Notes: generated by a model from the letters alone, not told the origin. A stretch of DNA of 24,000 bases from an uncultured Eubacteriales bacterium (GCA_964557435.1 CAZLAM010000054.1:1-24000), one strand, 5' to 3'. Positions 1 through 8,548 are shown, counted from the first letter of the stretch. A program made the numbers and translations.

Positions 1-563
1 AGGGCATCAGGCAGGCGAGGATCCTCGCCGCCGAGGGCGAGGCGCAGGCCATCAAACTGGTCAACGAGGCCGCCGACCAGTACTTCGTCGGCAACGCACA
101 GCTGTTGCGGCGCCTCGAGATGGTCGAGCGCGCCCTGCGCGAGGAAACCGGCTCCTGGGGCATCGAGATCGTCCGCACCGAGATCAAGGAGATCGACCCG
201 CCCAAGGACGTCCAGGAGACGATGAACAAGGTCGTCAAGGCCGAGAACGAAAAAATCGCCGCCATCGATTTCGCCACGGCCACGGAAACCATGGCCGACG
301 GCGCCCGCCGGGCCGAGATCAAGAAGGCCGACGGCGGCAAACAGGCCCGCGTCCTGGAGGCCGAGGGCGAAGCCCAGGCCATCAAGCTGGTCAACGAGGC
401 GGCCAATATGTACTTCGTCGGCAACGCCCAGCTCCTGCGGCGCCTGGAGACGGTGGAAAAGGCCATGGCTCACAACGCCAAAATCGTCGTCCCCGGCAAC
501 GCCCAGCTGATCAACATCATCGGCGATCTGGCCGGTGTCCTGCCGCTTCCGAAGAAGGATTGA
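1..563 (+). CDS. SPFH/band-7 (stomatin/prohibitin-like) domain protein, 3' portion; the 5' end lies left of the window
   Basis: Frame 3 is open from base 3 to the TGA at 561-563, and the track ORF at 105 begins at an internal TTG. The translation shows SPFH C-terminal features: TGSWGIEIVRTEIKEIDPP, an Ala/Glu-rich AEGEAQA segment, and a NAKIVVPGN tail. Confidence 0.85.
   Translation, partial: GIRQARILAAEGEAQAIKLVNEAADQYFVGNAQLLRRLEMVERALREETGSWGIEIVRTEIKEIDPPKDVQETMNKVVKAENEKIAAIDFATATETMADGARRAEIKKADGGKQARVLEAEGEAQAIKLVNEAANMYFVGNAQLLRRLETVEKAMAHNAKIVVPGNAQLINIIGDLAGVLPLPKKD
12..131 (+). repeat. Copy 1 of a diverged in-frame tandem duplication within the SPFH gene (partner at 342-461, offset 330 nt)
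   Basis: Hand alignment gives QARILAAEGEAQAIKLVNEAADQYFVGNAQLLRRLEMVERA against QARVLEAEGEAQAIKLVNEAANMYFVGNAQLLRRLETVEKA. Confidence 0.85.
342..461 (+). repeat. Copy 2 of the SPFH internal duplication
   Basis: Same alignment as copy 1. About 10 aligned codons differ only synonymously, so this is not a trivial assembly repeat. Confidence 0.85.
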
Positions 564-579
564 AGGACGACAGGCCTTC

Positions 580-2013
580 CTATTTTCGGACCGCGGCCAG
601 CACCCCGCTAAGGAACTCCTCCGTCCCCCAGTCGCCCTTCCAGGTCATGCCTAAGCGGACGATAACCAGCTTGGCCGAGGGGATGATGGCGATCAACTGG
701 CCCTGGTAGCCGTCGCAGAAAAAGGCGTCTTCCGGAAGCTGGGGGTACATTCGTTTCGCCGGATCCCGGGGAACACCTCTATTCAGCCAGAATTGCGCTC
801 CATATTCGCCCTCTTTGGCCGTGGAGCTCGGCATCGTCGTATATTGCACCCACCCCTCGGGCAAGACGCGCTCGCCATTCCAAACACCGTCGTTTAGATA
901 AAGCAGGCCGAAGCGGGCAAAGTCACGGGCGTTGGCGAAGATATACGATCCCCCGGAATACGTCCCCGAAGCGTCGGGTTCGAGCACGGCGCTGCGCATA
1001 CCGATCCGGTTGAACAGCAGTTTCCGCGGAAAGGCCCAGTATTCCTCCTGGTTGCCGATCGTATGGCGGATGATGCGGTTGAGAATATTGGTCGTTCCCG
1101 TCGAATATTCGAAAACCGTATCCGGCGGCTGCTTGAGCGGCATCGAGGCAGCAAAGGCGGCCATGTCCGGCTTGAGAAAGAGCATCTTATTCACGTCAGA
1201 GACCGGATGCTCGGCATAGGCCTCGTACCATTGCAGCCCCGGGCTCATGCGCAGGAGCTGATCGATGGTGATGGCCCGGCGCGGATCGCCGGCCCCCTGC
1301 CACTCCGGCACGGGGGCCGGTTGGGCGACTCCGAAACGGCCTTGACCGACAAGGATCCCGATGAGCGCGCTGGTATGGCCTTTGGCCATGGACCAGCTGA
1401 TGAGCGGAGTGTCCTTGGAAAACCCGAGCGCATAACGCTCGGCGATCAGCCGTCCCCCGTAGACAACCGCCACCGCCCGCGTCCGGCGAAGTTGGGCCGG
1501 ATCGGGTTCGGAAAAGACCTTGTCCAGGGCGGCGTTGAGGGCATTTTGATCAACCGCTTCCGGCCAGGGGTCCGTCGGCAGAAGATCTCCCGTCGGCCAG
1601 GGAACGGAGGCCGGGTCTTTCGGCTCCGGCTCCGGAATATTCGGCTTCCAGGTGCGAACGGTTTCCTCGGGGACGTCTTGAAGGAGGACGGAACCCAGTT
1701 TATCCAGAAAAACCGCCTTTTTCTTGAACAGGCGGAGCGGCGAGAACCAGGCCGTTACGCTTTTCTCCTGGTAATCGACCTTGTGTTTGATGAGCTTCAA
1801 CACCGGATGAAACCCGACATCTTCGGCCAGGACGGACGCCTCATCCCTCCCCGAGACGAAAATTCCCGAACACAGGAATTTGGCTTTGACTCCGACCCCG
1901 ATGGGAAGTTTTTCGACATATTCGCGATTTTTGTACCCGAAATAAGCGCCCGCAACGATCACAAGGACGATGATCGACCGGACGATTCTTTTTTTGGTTA
2001 TCCTTGGACTCAT
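580..2013 (-). CDS. Beta-lactamase-family serine hydrolase (class C / PBP-like) with an N-terminal membrane anchor
   Basis: 477-aa ORF with ATG at 2013 preceded by GAGGGGTGAGG. It has a hydrophobic N-terminus (IIVLVIVAGAYF) and an SxxK motif in SWSMAKGHTSALIG. Overall it looks like the beta-lactamase-related esterase/peptidase family. Confidence 0.85.
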   Translation of the reverse strand: MSPRITKKRIVRSIIVLVIVAGAYFGYKNREYVEKLPIGVGVKAKFLCSGIFVSGRDEASVLAEDVGFHPVLKLIKHKVDYQEKSVTAWFSPLRLFKKKAVFLDKLGSVLLQDVPEETVRTWKPNIPEPEPKDPASVPWPTGDLLPTDPWPEAVDQNALNAALDKVFSEPDPAQLRRTRAVAVVYGGRLIAERYALGFSKDTPLISWSMAKGHTSALIGILVGQGRFGVAQPAPVPEWQGAGDPRRAITIDQLLRMSPGLQWYEAYAEHPVSDVNKMLFLKPDMAAFAASMPLKQPPDTVFEYSTGTTNILNRIIRHTIGNQEEYWAFPRKLLFNRIGMRSAVLEPDASGTYSGGSYIFANARDFARFGLLYLNDGVWNGERVLPEGWVQYTTMPSSTAKEGEYGAQFWLNRGVPRDPAKRMYPQLPEDAFFCDGYQGQLIAIIPSAKLVIVRLGMTWKGDWGTEEFLSGVLAAVRK

Positions 2014-2112
2014 GCCTCACCCCTCATCGGATATTTAGATTTTCGGCCGTTTTCCATAGTCACCCTCTTCCATTTTTAAGGCCCGGGCGCCGGACGGCCT
2101 TTCATCGCCCAG

Positions 2113-2142
2113 ACTATATTCCCGGGAGGACGATGCAGTCAA
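2113..2142 (-). promoter_or_regulatory. Candidate sigma70-type promoter for the serine hydrolase gene
   Basis: The minus strand reads TTGACT (2142-2137), 18 nt, then TATAGT (2118-2113). It lies just downstream of the GH2 stop and about 100 nt upstream of the ATG at 2013. This is a pattern match only. Confidence 0.3.
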
Positions 2143-2147
2143 CCGCA

Positions 2148-5045
2148 TCAATCTTTGAATAATCCGCGGATGACCTCGATCGAAACTTCGGTCTTCGGCT
2201 GGAAGGCCGGTCCGGCCGCGTAGGCCGCCAGGCTGTGGAGAAGCTGGCGCGCTTCGGGGCGTTTATCCGCATCCGTCAGCAGGTCGGCCGCGCAAAGGAG
2301 CAGTTTGCCCGGGCCGATCTTGGCTTCCAAGATCAGTCCGAGCGGCCGGTTGGTGAACCAGTCGTCTATGATGCGGACGATGGGCGTGAATCCGCGCCCG
2401 AAATCCTCCAAGCGGACGGCTTGGCCATGACTGACGGAGTCCCACCACTGCCAATTGCTGTGAAACTCGGTCGGAAATGCGGCCAGGGCCGGATGGCCGG
2501 GATCGCCTAAGATTCCCAGAGTATGCGGCGGTTGTTTGGACGTCCAAGCCGTGTTCCAGAAGATGCTGGAAAAGCCGAGCCCGACGTTGCCGCCTTTCTC
2601 CGGTTTGACCGTCCCTTTTTCCGGAACAAGGAGGACCTTTCCGCCGGCGCGCAAACGGGCCGCGGCCGGCTCGTCCAGGCGGCGCGAAACGAGGACCTCG
2701 TCCGGGCCGGGATTTAAAACCCGGGCCGGATAAACCCAGAAATCCCAGCCGTTTTCATATTCGCCGACGCGGACGGACAGGCGATAGCGGGCCGGCACGG
2801 CGAACCCGGACAGGGGCATTTGAATCGTTCCCAGGGACGTGCCGTCGCCCCAGGGGATATCCCGCTCGGGAAGCCGGCCGCGCTTGATGAACTCGCCCTT
2901 GGCGTTCACAATGGTCCACTCCGACGAAGCTTTGGAGAAGGGTGCCGGGCCGAAATGGGCGACCTCGAGGGGCACGGAAAGCTCCTCGTTCTGGAGATAG
3001 ACCATCTTAGGCATCCGGGCCAGAGGAACAGTCGGAGCGCAGAACCGCCGGAACTCGGACGGCGGGATATATCCTTTTTCCTCCCAGAATGCGTCGAGGA
3101 CGCCGACGAGGGCCGTGCCCTGACCGGGGAAATCGTGCAGGTCGAGAAGCTCGAACCCGGCCAACCCGGGAGTCCGCAGGGCCGCCTCGATGTCGGCCTT
3201 GTAGCACAAGGCTTGAAGCTTGCCCGAAGCGGCCAGAAAATCGGCCGCCAGAGGCCCCATTCCCGCCGCTTCGAGCGTATCGCGGAAGATCTCGAAATTC
3301 TTCGCTTTCAATACGCCGGTATATTTCTCGATTTCCTTAAAATTGGGATAGACGCACCATTGGCCGATTTCATGGCTCACCACGGGCTTGTCGATTTTAC
3401 CGACGATGTCCCGGAAATCAAAAACCGTCTGGGGCGCTTGTTTGTTGATGATGCTGTTCAGGCCTTCCCCCCATCTCTGAAGGCGCGGCTCGGCCAGGGA
3501 ATGGAAGTCGCTTTCGGCCAGCCGGGGCCAGCCCGCTCCGCTGGTATAGACACGGCGCGCATCCTTATTTTTCCAGTGGTTGATGAAATCGCCCAGAAAA
3601 CGGGCTTGGTTCTTCCCGGCCGGTTCGTTGCCGTAGGACATCATGCAGAAGGACGGATGATTGCCGTAAGCCTTGACGATCCGTTCGCTTTCCCGGTACA
3701 GCCAGTCGTCGATCGGCTTTCCATCCCCCACCTCGGCCCAAGCCGCGCACTCGACATAGAGGTAGACGCCGGCAGCGTCGGCCGCGTCAAAGGCCGCCTC
3801 GGGCGGGCACCAGGAATGGAACCGCACATGGTTCAGGCCGTGGGCCTTGCAGACGGCGAAAATTCGGCGCCATTCATCCACCGCCGTGGGCGGGTAACCG
3901 GTCTGGGGAAAGATGCAGCATTCGAGCGTTCCGCGCAAGAAGATTGGACGGCCGTTGACGGCGAACCGCGTCCCCTTGACCCTGAAATCCCGGAAGCCGA
4001 AACGGACCGTCTTTTCGTCGTCCACTCCCGCAACCAGACCGCGAATACCCACGGAGAGCTCGTAAACGTTCGGAGAAAACTCGTCCCAGAGAAGGGCGTC
4101 TGATCCCAGCGCATATTCGAGGGCCAGCTCCGAACGTCCCTCGGGCGCCGAGAAGCGGGAGTAAAAGGGCACGATCGGCTTGGACCCGGGAGCGTTGACA
4201 AGACGCGCGGTCAGGACCACGTTGCCGGTGTGGGCGCGGCCCGTGTCGTTTTCGATCGTAATCTGTATCCGCGCCCGCCGTGCGGCGACTTCGGGAAAGA
4301 CGCGGATCTCATCCATGAACAATCCGGAACCGGGCGTGATGGTGATCCGTCCGACGATCCCGTTCCAATTGGACTGGGTGTGGTCGGAGACACTGTGGGC
4401 ATTCTCCCCCACGTCGATGTCCTTGATGCGGTTGTCGACGCGGAGGATCAGTCGATGCCGTCCGGGCGCGGCCAACCGGGTCAGGTCGTATTCATGGGGG
4501 GTGCTCAGGCTGTCGGCCGATCCGGCGTCCTGGCCGTCCACCCATAAACGGGTCTCCCAGTGACAGCGCTCCATCCGAAGCACGATCCGGCGGCCCGTCC
4601 AAGCCTTGGGGATATTCACCTCGCGCTGATACCAGGCCGGGCCAACGTAGTGTTTGGTCGGATTGAGCCAAAACGGAACCTTGATGTTTCCGGGCACCCG
4701 GTATTTGGCATATTCGGGGGCCGTGAACCAGGATTTGTCCACGACGCCGCCCGTCCAAACCGTATCGACGGAGACATCATCGCCCAATTTGCTTTCGGCC
4801 ATCGAGCCCGGCAGACGAATGATTCCGGAGAACTCGGAGGACAGCGACCGGGAGAACCAGCGCTCGGCGATTCCGACGTCGCCGGGGTCGGCCCGGAAAA
4901 CCCACGGTCCGGACATATCCATGGGCTTTTCGACGGCCGCAGCGATCGAGGAGATGGCCCCACAGAGAAGCGCGATCGAGGCGATGATCAAGACGGGACG
5001 GCAAGGCGATTTTGATGGCATGACGAAAGTCCTTTTTTCAATCAT
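2148..5045 (-). CDS. Secreted glycoside hydrolase family 2 protein (beta-galactosidase/mannosidase-like architecture)
   Basis: 965-aa ORF with a signal-peptide-like N-terminus (PVLIIASIALLCGAISSIAAAV). It has a GH2-type sugar-binding region (RIVLRMERCHWETRLWVDGQDAG...HEYDLT) and TIM-barrel motifs GLNHVRFHSW and SYGNEP. The ATG at 5045 overlaps the upstream stop as ATGA. An alternative ATG lies at 5021. Confidence 0.85.
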   Translation of the reverse strand: MIEKRTFVMPSKSPCRPVLIIASIALLCGAISSIAAAVEKPMDMSGPWVFRADPGDVGIAERWFSRSLSSEFSGIIRLPGSMAESKLGDDVSVDTVWTGGVVDKSWFTAPEYAKYRVPGNIKVPFWLNPTKHYVGPAWYQREVNIPKAWTGRRIVLRMERCHWETRLWVDGQDAGSADSLSTPHEYDLTRLAAPGRHRLILRVDNRIKDIDVGENAHSVSDHTQSNWNGIVGRITITPGSGLFMDEIRVFPEVAARRARIQITIENDTGRAHTGNVVLTARLVNAPGSKPIVPFYSRFSAPEGRSELALEYALGSDALLWDEFSPNVYELSVGIRGLVAGVDDEKTVRFGFRDFRVKGTRFAVNGRPIFLRGTLECCIFPQTGYPPTAVDEWRRIFAVCKAHGLNHVRFHSWCPPEAAFDAADAAGVYLYVECAAWAEVGDGKPIDDWLYRESERIVKAYGNHPSFCMMSYGNEPAGKNQARFLGDFINHWKNKDARRVYTSGAGWPRLAESDFHSLAEPRLQRWGEGLNSIINKQAPQTVFDFRDIVGKIDKPVVSHEIGQWCVYPNFKEIEKYTGVLKAKNFEIFRDTLEAAGMGPLAADFLAASGKLQALCYKADIEAALRTPGLAGFELLDLHDFPGQGTALVGVLDAFWEEKGYIPPSEFRRFCAPTVPLARMPKMVYLQNEELSVPLEVAHFGPAPFSKASSEWTIVNAKGEFIKRGRLPERDIPWGDGTSLGTIQMPLSGFAVPARYRLSVRVGEYENGWDFWVYPARVLNPGPDEVLVSRRLDEPAAARLRAGGKVLLVPEKGTVKPEKGGNVGLGFSSIFWNTAWTSKQPPHTLGILGDPGHPALAAFPTEFHSNWQWWDSVSHGQAVRLEDFGRGFTPIVRIIDDWFTNRPLGLILEAKIGPGKLLLCAADLLTDADKRPEARQLLHSLAAYAAGPAFQPKTEVSIEVIRGLFKD

Positions 5046-5641
5046 TTCCGCCGCAGGGGCGAATCCGAACGGGGAAAGGCTTCATCGTTCGCGGCCAGAC
5101 CGGCAAAGAAAACCTGGAGAGAGGCGGTATCGGCCGTCAGGACGAGCCGGTCTCCCGAACGGACATAGGCTATCTTGGCCCGTCCCGCCTCGACCTCCTC
5201 CTTCAGCCAGTCGGTGTTCATGGGTTCGAGGCAAAGCCCTTCCCCCTCGAACCGGACCCGCCAGAGAGTATGCACCGGCACAAGATGCAGTGCCAGCATT
5301 TCGTTCCGCGGCCGCGGGTTCCCTCTCTCTTCGGGAAAGAGATCCAGATACAGAGCCCCGCCCAGCCGGCCCAAGCGGCCGACGAAACGGGCCGTTTCAT
5401 CGTCCTCGGCCGTCCGGCAGACGAGCCGATATTCCTTCTCCCGGCCGCGCTCGAAAGCCCAGGAGTCTTCGCCTTTGGAATCCGTCCAGGCGCCGAGAAG
5501 GCGGGACTCGAAGACGAGATCGTCGTCCTCGAAGAGAGGCTGGAGCGATTGGATGCAGGCCGCCGCCATCAGGATCAGGACAGCGCCCAGGGCCGCAGCG
5601 GCGATCCGCGCGAACAGCGATTTCTTCCACGATTGCTTCAT
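5042..5641 (-). CDS. Hypothetical lipoprotein (no family recognised)
   Basis: The ATG at 5641 is preceded by GGGAGGAGTGATC. The N-terminus MKQSWKKSLFARIAAAALGAVLILMAAAC looks like a signal peptide with a lipobox Cys. The track ORF start at 5689 has no SD. The stop overlaps the GH2 start. Confidence 0.7.
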   Translation of the reverse strand: MKQSWKKSLFARIAAAALGAVLILMAAACIQSLQPLFEDDDLVFESRLLGAWTDSKGEDSWAFERGREKEYRLVCRTAEDDETARFVGRLGRLGGALYLDLFPEERGNPRPRNEMLALHLVPVHTLWRVRFEGEGLCLEPMNTDWLKEEVEAGRAKIAYVRSGDRLVLTADTASLQVFFAGLAANDEAFPRSDSPLRRK

Positions 5642-5656
5642 GATCACTCCTCCCGC
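5619..5656 (-). repeat. Direct repeat copy A (38 nt): SD + ATG + codons for MKQSWKKS, at the lipoprotein start and the patatin stop
   Basis: The minus strand reads GCGGGAGGAGTGATCATGAAGCAATCGTGGAAGAAATC. It matches 8362-8400 with 2 substitutions and 1 indel (hand alignment). Confidence 0.9.
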
Positions 5657-7972
5657 AGCACGGGAAAATTCCTCGCCCCGGCCGCGCATCCGCCATCCCC
5701 GGCCGGATTCGGGTCAAAGAACTTCCGCAGGGGGGAATCGGCGGGAAGCCTGTCGAGCATGCCCTGCGTATATTCGTACCCCGCTCGGGCGGTCTCCTCT
5801 ATGGTCTTGAAGTCGAGGATTCCGACTCCCTGCACCGGCGGCTCCAGGCTCAGGTCAGCGTCCTCCTTCACGGCATCGGCGTTTTTCCGGCACCCCGTCA
5901 TGATGGTCGCCATCATGATCTCGGCGACGTTGGGGGTCTGGATCGACTTCTTCCACGGCAGTATCCGGCTCCAGATAATCTTCCACGGGGACGGGAACTC
6001 GGCGAACCCGGGGCTCATGTTCTCCCGAGAATCCACGTCCACGGTGATGACGATCCCGGCCTGCCGTCTCATGATGTCCCCGGGGAGATTGTTCATGACT
6101 CCGCCGTCGACGTGGACGACGCCGTCATGGAGAACGGGCACCATGATTCCCGGCAGGGAAGAACTGGTCCGGGCGGCCGTCCACACGGGGCCGTCGCCGT
6201 GCACTTTCACGCCGCAGGAGCCGAGGTTGCAGGACACGCAGAAGAAGCTCAGCCAGAGGTCTTCGATCCGTGTGTCCCCGTAGGCGCGGCGCGCGGCGCG
6301 GTCGATCTTGCGGCTGCGCAGAAGGGAGACGATCGGGAACGTAAAGTCGCTGAAGGGGTTGTTCTTCTGGAAGGTCTCCCGACAGAGGAGAGTCAGGCGG
6401 TCCGCGTCCATGCCCATGGCCACCGCGCCGCCGAGGATGGCGCCGATGCTCGCGCCCCCCACCAGGTCCACGGGGATCCCCCGTTCCTCCAGCGCCCGAA
6501 GCACTCCCAGGTGGGCCATCCCGCGCGCCCCTCCGCCGCCCAACACCAGGCCGACGGAACGCCGGCTCACGATCCGGGCCAGACGGGCGAAGTCCGCCTG
6601 GCGGTCCCAACGCAGGTGCTGATGGCCGGCCAAACGGCGCACCGAAAGCCACTCCATCGTGCCGGAAGGAAGCTTGCCGCCGTCCGGGTGGATCAGCACG
6701 AGGGTTTGCGCGGCCGCCGTGATGCCGGTATTCTCCTGAAGCCATTCCTTCTCGATCCGGGCCACTGCGGGATCGTCACCGGCCCTGGCAACGATGAGCA
6801 CCTGGTCGGCCTGCTTGATGCAGCGCTGTGTCCACGGGGTGGCCTCCGCGTCCGCCTCGTAGAAGACGAAATCATGGTTCGATTCCACATCCTCCAGCCA
6901 AGTGACGAGGCCGAGATGGAGCGGGGCGTCGTCCGCGGCCTGGGCGATGCCCGCGGTCGCGGAGAATTCCGCCGCGATCGTCCCGCTGTTGAGAAGGACG
7001 GCCCTGTCCGAGCAGGATATCGCCGCGTGCAGCCTTCGGGAGAACTCGGCCAGCGGGACCTGCGGGCCGGCGGGCACCAAAGCGATGTTGACCGCGCTGC
7101 TCCGGCGGGGCGTCCGGTCACGCTCCTTCAGCCGGTTCACGAGGATCCGCAAGATCGTCATGCTGACCCCGGGATACGACTTGTTGATCTCTTCGAAGTC
7201 GGCCTTCGTCAGGCGCACAAGGTCGCTGTCGCGGACCGCGCAAACGGTGGCCATCCGCTTTTCCCCGGACAGGATCGCCATCTCCCCCACGATCTCCCCG
7301 CGGAAAACCGCCCCGATGGTCTTGGCCTCTCCCGAGGCGTCCTGGGAAACAACGTGCAGGAAGCCGTGAATTAGGAAATACAGGCAATCCGCCGCGTCGC
7401 CCTTGGAGAAAAGCGTCTCGCCCCGGTTCAGGTGCACCCATTCGAAACGCGGTTCGATGAACTCGTACTTTTCCTTGTCGATCTCCCCGAAGTAGGCGGA
7501 AAGGATCTTCAGCCACTGCGTTCGTCGGAGCCTTTGGCGCACGATATCGAGGATACCGCGTTTCATCTCCGGGTTCCGCGCAACGATGGCCTCCACATCC
7601 TTCGCTTCCAGCCGGGCCAGCCTCGTTTTTTCCGCCGCCACCACCGTCGCGTTGCGCCGCCCCCCCAGGAGGAGTGCGATTTCCCCGACCAGGGAACCCG
7701 GCCCCATCTGCCCCACCATGGTTGGGGCGCACCCTTCTTCCGCCATGTACGCCTTGAGCATGCCTTCCTGGACCACGTACATGGCCTCAGCGGCGTCACC
7801 CTGCCTGAACAGGACCTGCCCCTCCTCCACATCGATCCCTTCGATGGACTTGGCCAGGTCCTCGACGGTACGGAGGTCCAGGCCCTCGAACAGCTTTAGG
7901 GATTCGAGGTTCCTGCGGAGAGTTTCGGCTGATGGTCGGCTGTCGTTAAGGATTTGAATTTCCTTTTTCCAT
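5644..7972 (-). CDS. NTE-like protein: two cyclic-nucleotide-binding (CAP-type) domains plus a patatin-like phospholipase domain; the start codon is unresolved
   Basis: Patatin motifs are present: GGGGARG, GASIG (GxSxG) and HVDGG (catalytic Asp), at about nt 5970-6555. The two cNMP domains have PBC-like segments GEIALLLGGRRNATVVA and GEMAILSGEKRMATVCA, at about nt 7126-7899. The track ORF runs on to 8280, but that part overlaps the TfoX-like gene in another frame. The nearest ATG (7972-7970) is one base out of frame (see findings). Confidence 0.85.
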
Positions 7973-8009
7973 GGTGTGTTGAATTCCCTCCCCTGGGCGG
8001 GCGCTTTCT

Positions 8010-8384
8010 TTATGATTTCCCCCGCCCCGCCAGCCGGACCTTCTCGGGCAGTGTCTTGGCGTGGGCCAGAGAGCGCCGGAACAAGTCCTTCACGGCCTCC
8101 TCGTCGGCCGTAAATTCGCGGGAGACGACGGCATAATCCTTCATCACCCGGCCCGGCGTCGGTTCGAACGGCCGGCCGGCCTTGCGTCCGATGAACTCGG
8201 TACGCTCCGGTTCGGGAAGACGAACGAATAGGTCGTCGCCGAACAGACCGCCGAACATATTGCCCCGGACGAAAACGCACGGATATCCGAACATCGTCCG
8301 CCGCTCGACGGCCGGGGATTTCGGCTGGACGCGGCCGAAGAGTTCGATCGATTCAGGGGTTGATTTCTTCCACGATTGTTTCAT
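8010..8384 (-). CDS. TfoX/Sxy N-terminal-domain family protein
   Basis: 124 aa from the ATG at 8384, preceded by GGGGAGGAGTGGTC. The motif RTMFGYPCVFVRGNMFGGLFGDDLFVRL resembles the TfoX_N pattern (MFGG..lf..g.mFg...dd.LylK). Confidence 0.75.
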   Translation of the reverse strand: MKQSWKKSTPESIELFGRVQPKSPAVERRTMFGYPCVFVRGNMFGGLFGDDLFVRLPEPERTEFIGRKAGRPFEPTPGRVMKDYAVVSREFTADEEAVKDLFRRSLAHAKTLPEKVRLAGRGKS

Positions 8385-8400
8385 GACCACTCCTCCCCGC
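8362..8400 (-). repeat. Direct repeat copy B (39 nt): SD + ATG + codons for MKQSWKKS, at the TfoX-like gene start
   Basis: The minus strand reads GCGGGGAGGAGTGGTCATGAAACAATCGTGGAAGAAATC. It is in the same orientation as copy A, 2743 bp away. Confidence 0.9.
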
Positions 8401-8416
8401 GGCAACCATCCATTTT

Positions 8417-8425
8417 ATTATCTCA
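8417..8425 (-). promoter_or_regulatory. Candidate extended -10 promoter element upstream of the TfoX-like gene
   Basis: The minus strand reads TGAGATAAT (TGn + GATAAT) in an AT-rich patch about 30 nt upstream of the ATG at 8384. No good -35 is present. Confidence 0.3.
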
Positions 8426-8548
8426 CAAGCGGCGGCCCGCCGCGAATAGGAAAAACGTTGTCTCCCCTTTCTGCATTGATACGTTCACCGGAGCCAAATC
8501 CTAATTTTTTAATTGGGATGAAAGGCGCCGCTCAGTAATAACCCTGAT

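Noticed and set aside
7981-7991. The 11-mer GGAGGGAATTC recurs upstream of the patatin gene and upstream of cydA (14196-14206), with a related GGAATTCC at about 19800.
   Set aside because: It is an SD plus a few bases. Exact 11-mer recurrences are expected by chance many times in 24 kb, so I do not treat it as a meaningful repeat.
7973-8280. N-terminal extension of the patatin ORF in the track (start at 8280).
   Set aside because: It overlaps almost the whole TfoX-like gene on the same strand in another frame. The extension is Arg/Gly-rich with no domain, and homology-like sequence begins only near 7920.
5644-8384. Calling the TfoX / cNMP-patatin pair a CBASS- or Pycsar-type defence system.
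   Set aside because: No nucleotide cyclase, CD-NTase or other sensor gene is present in the module or the window. The architecture equally fits NTE-like housekeeping lipases. I keep it only as a speculation within a finding.
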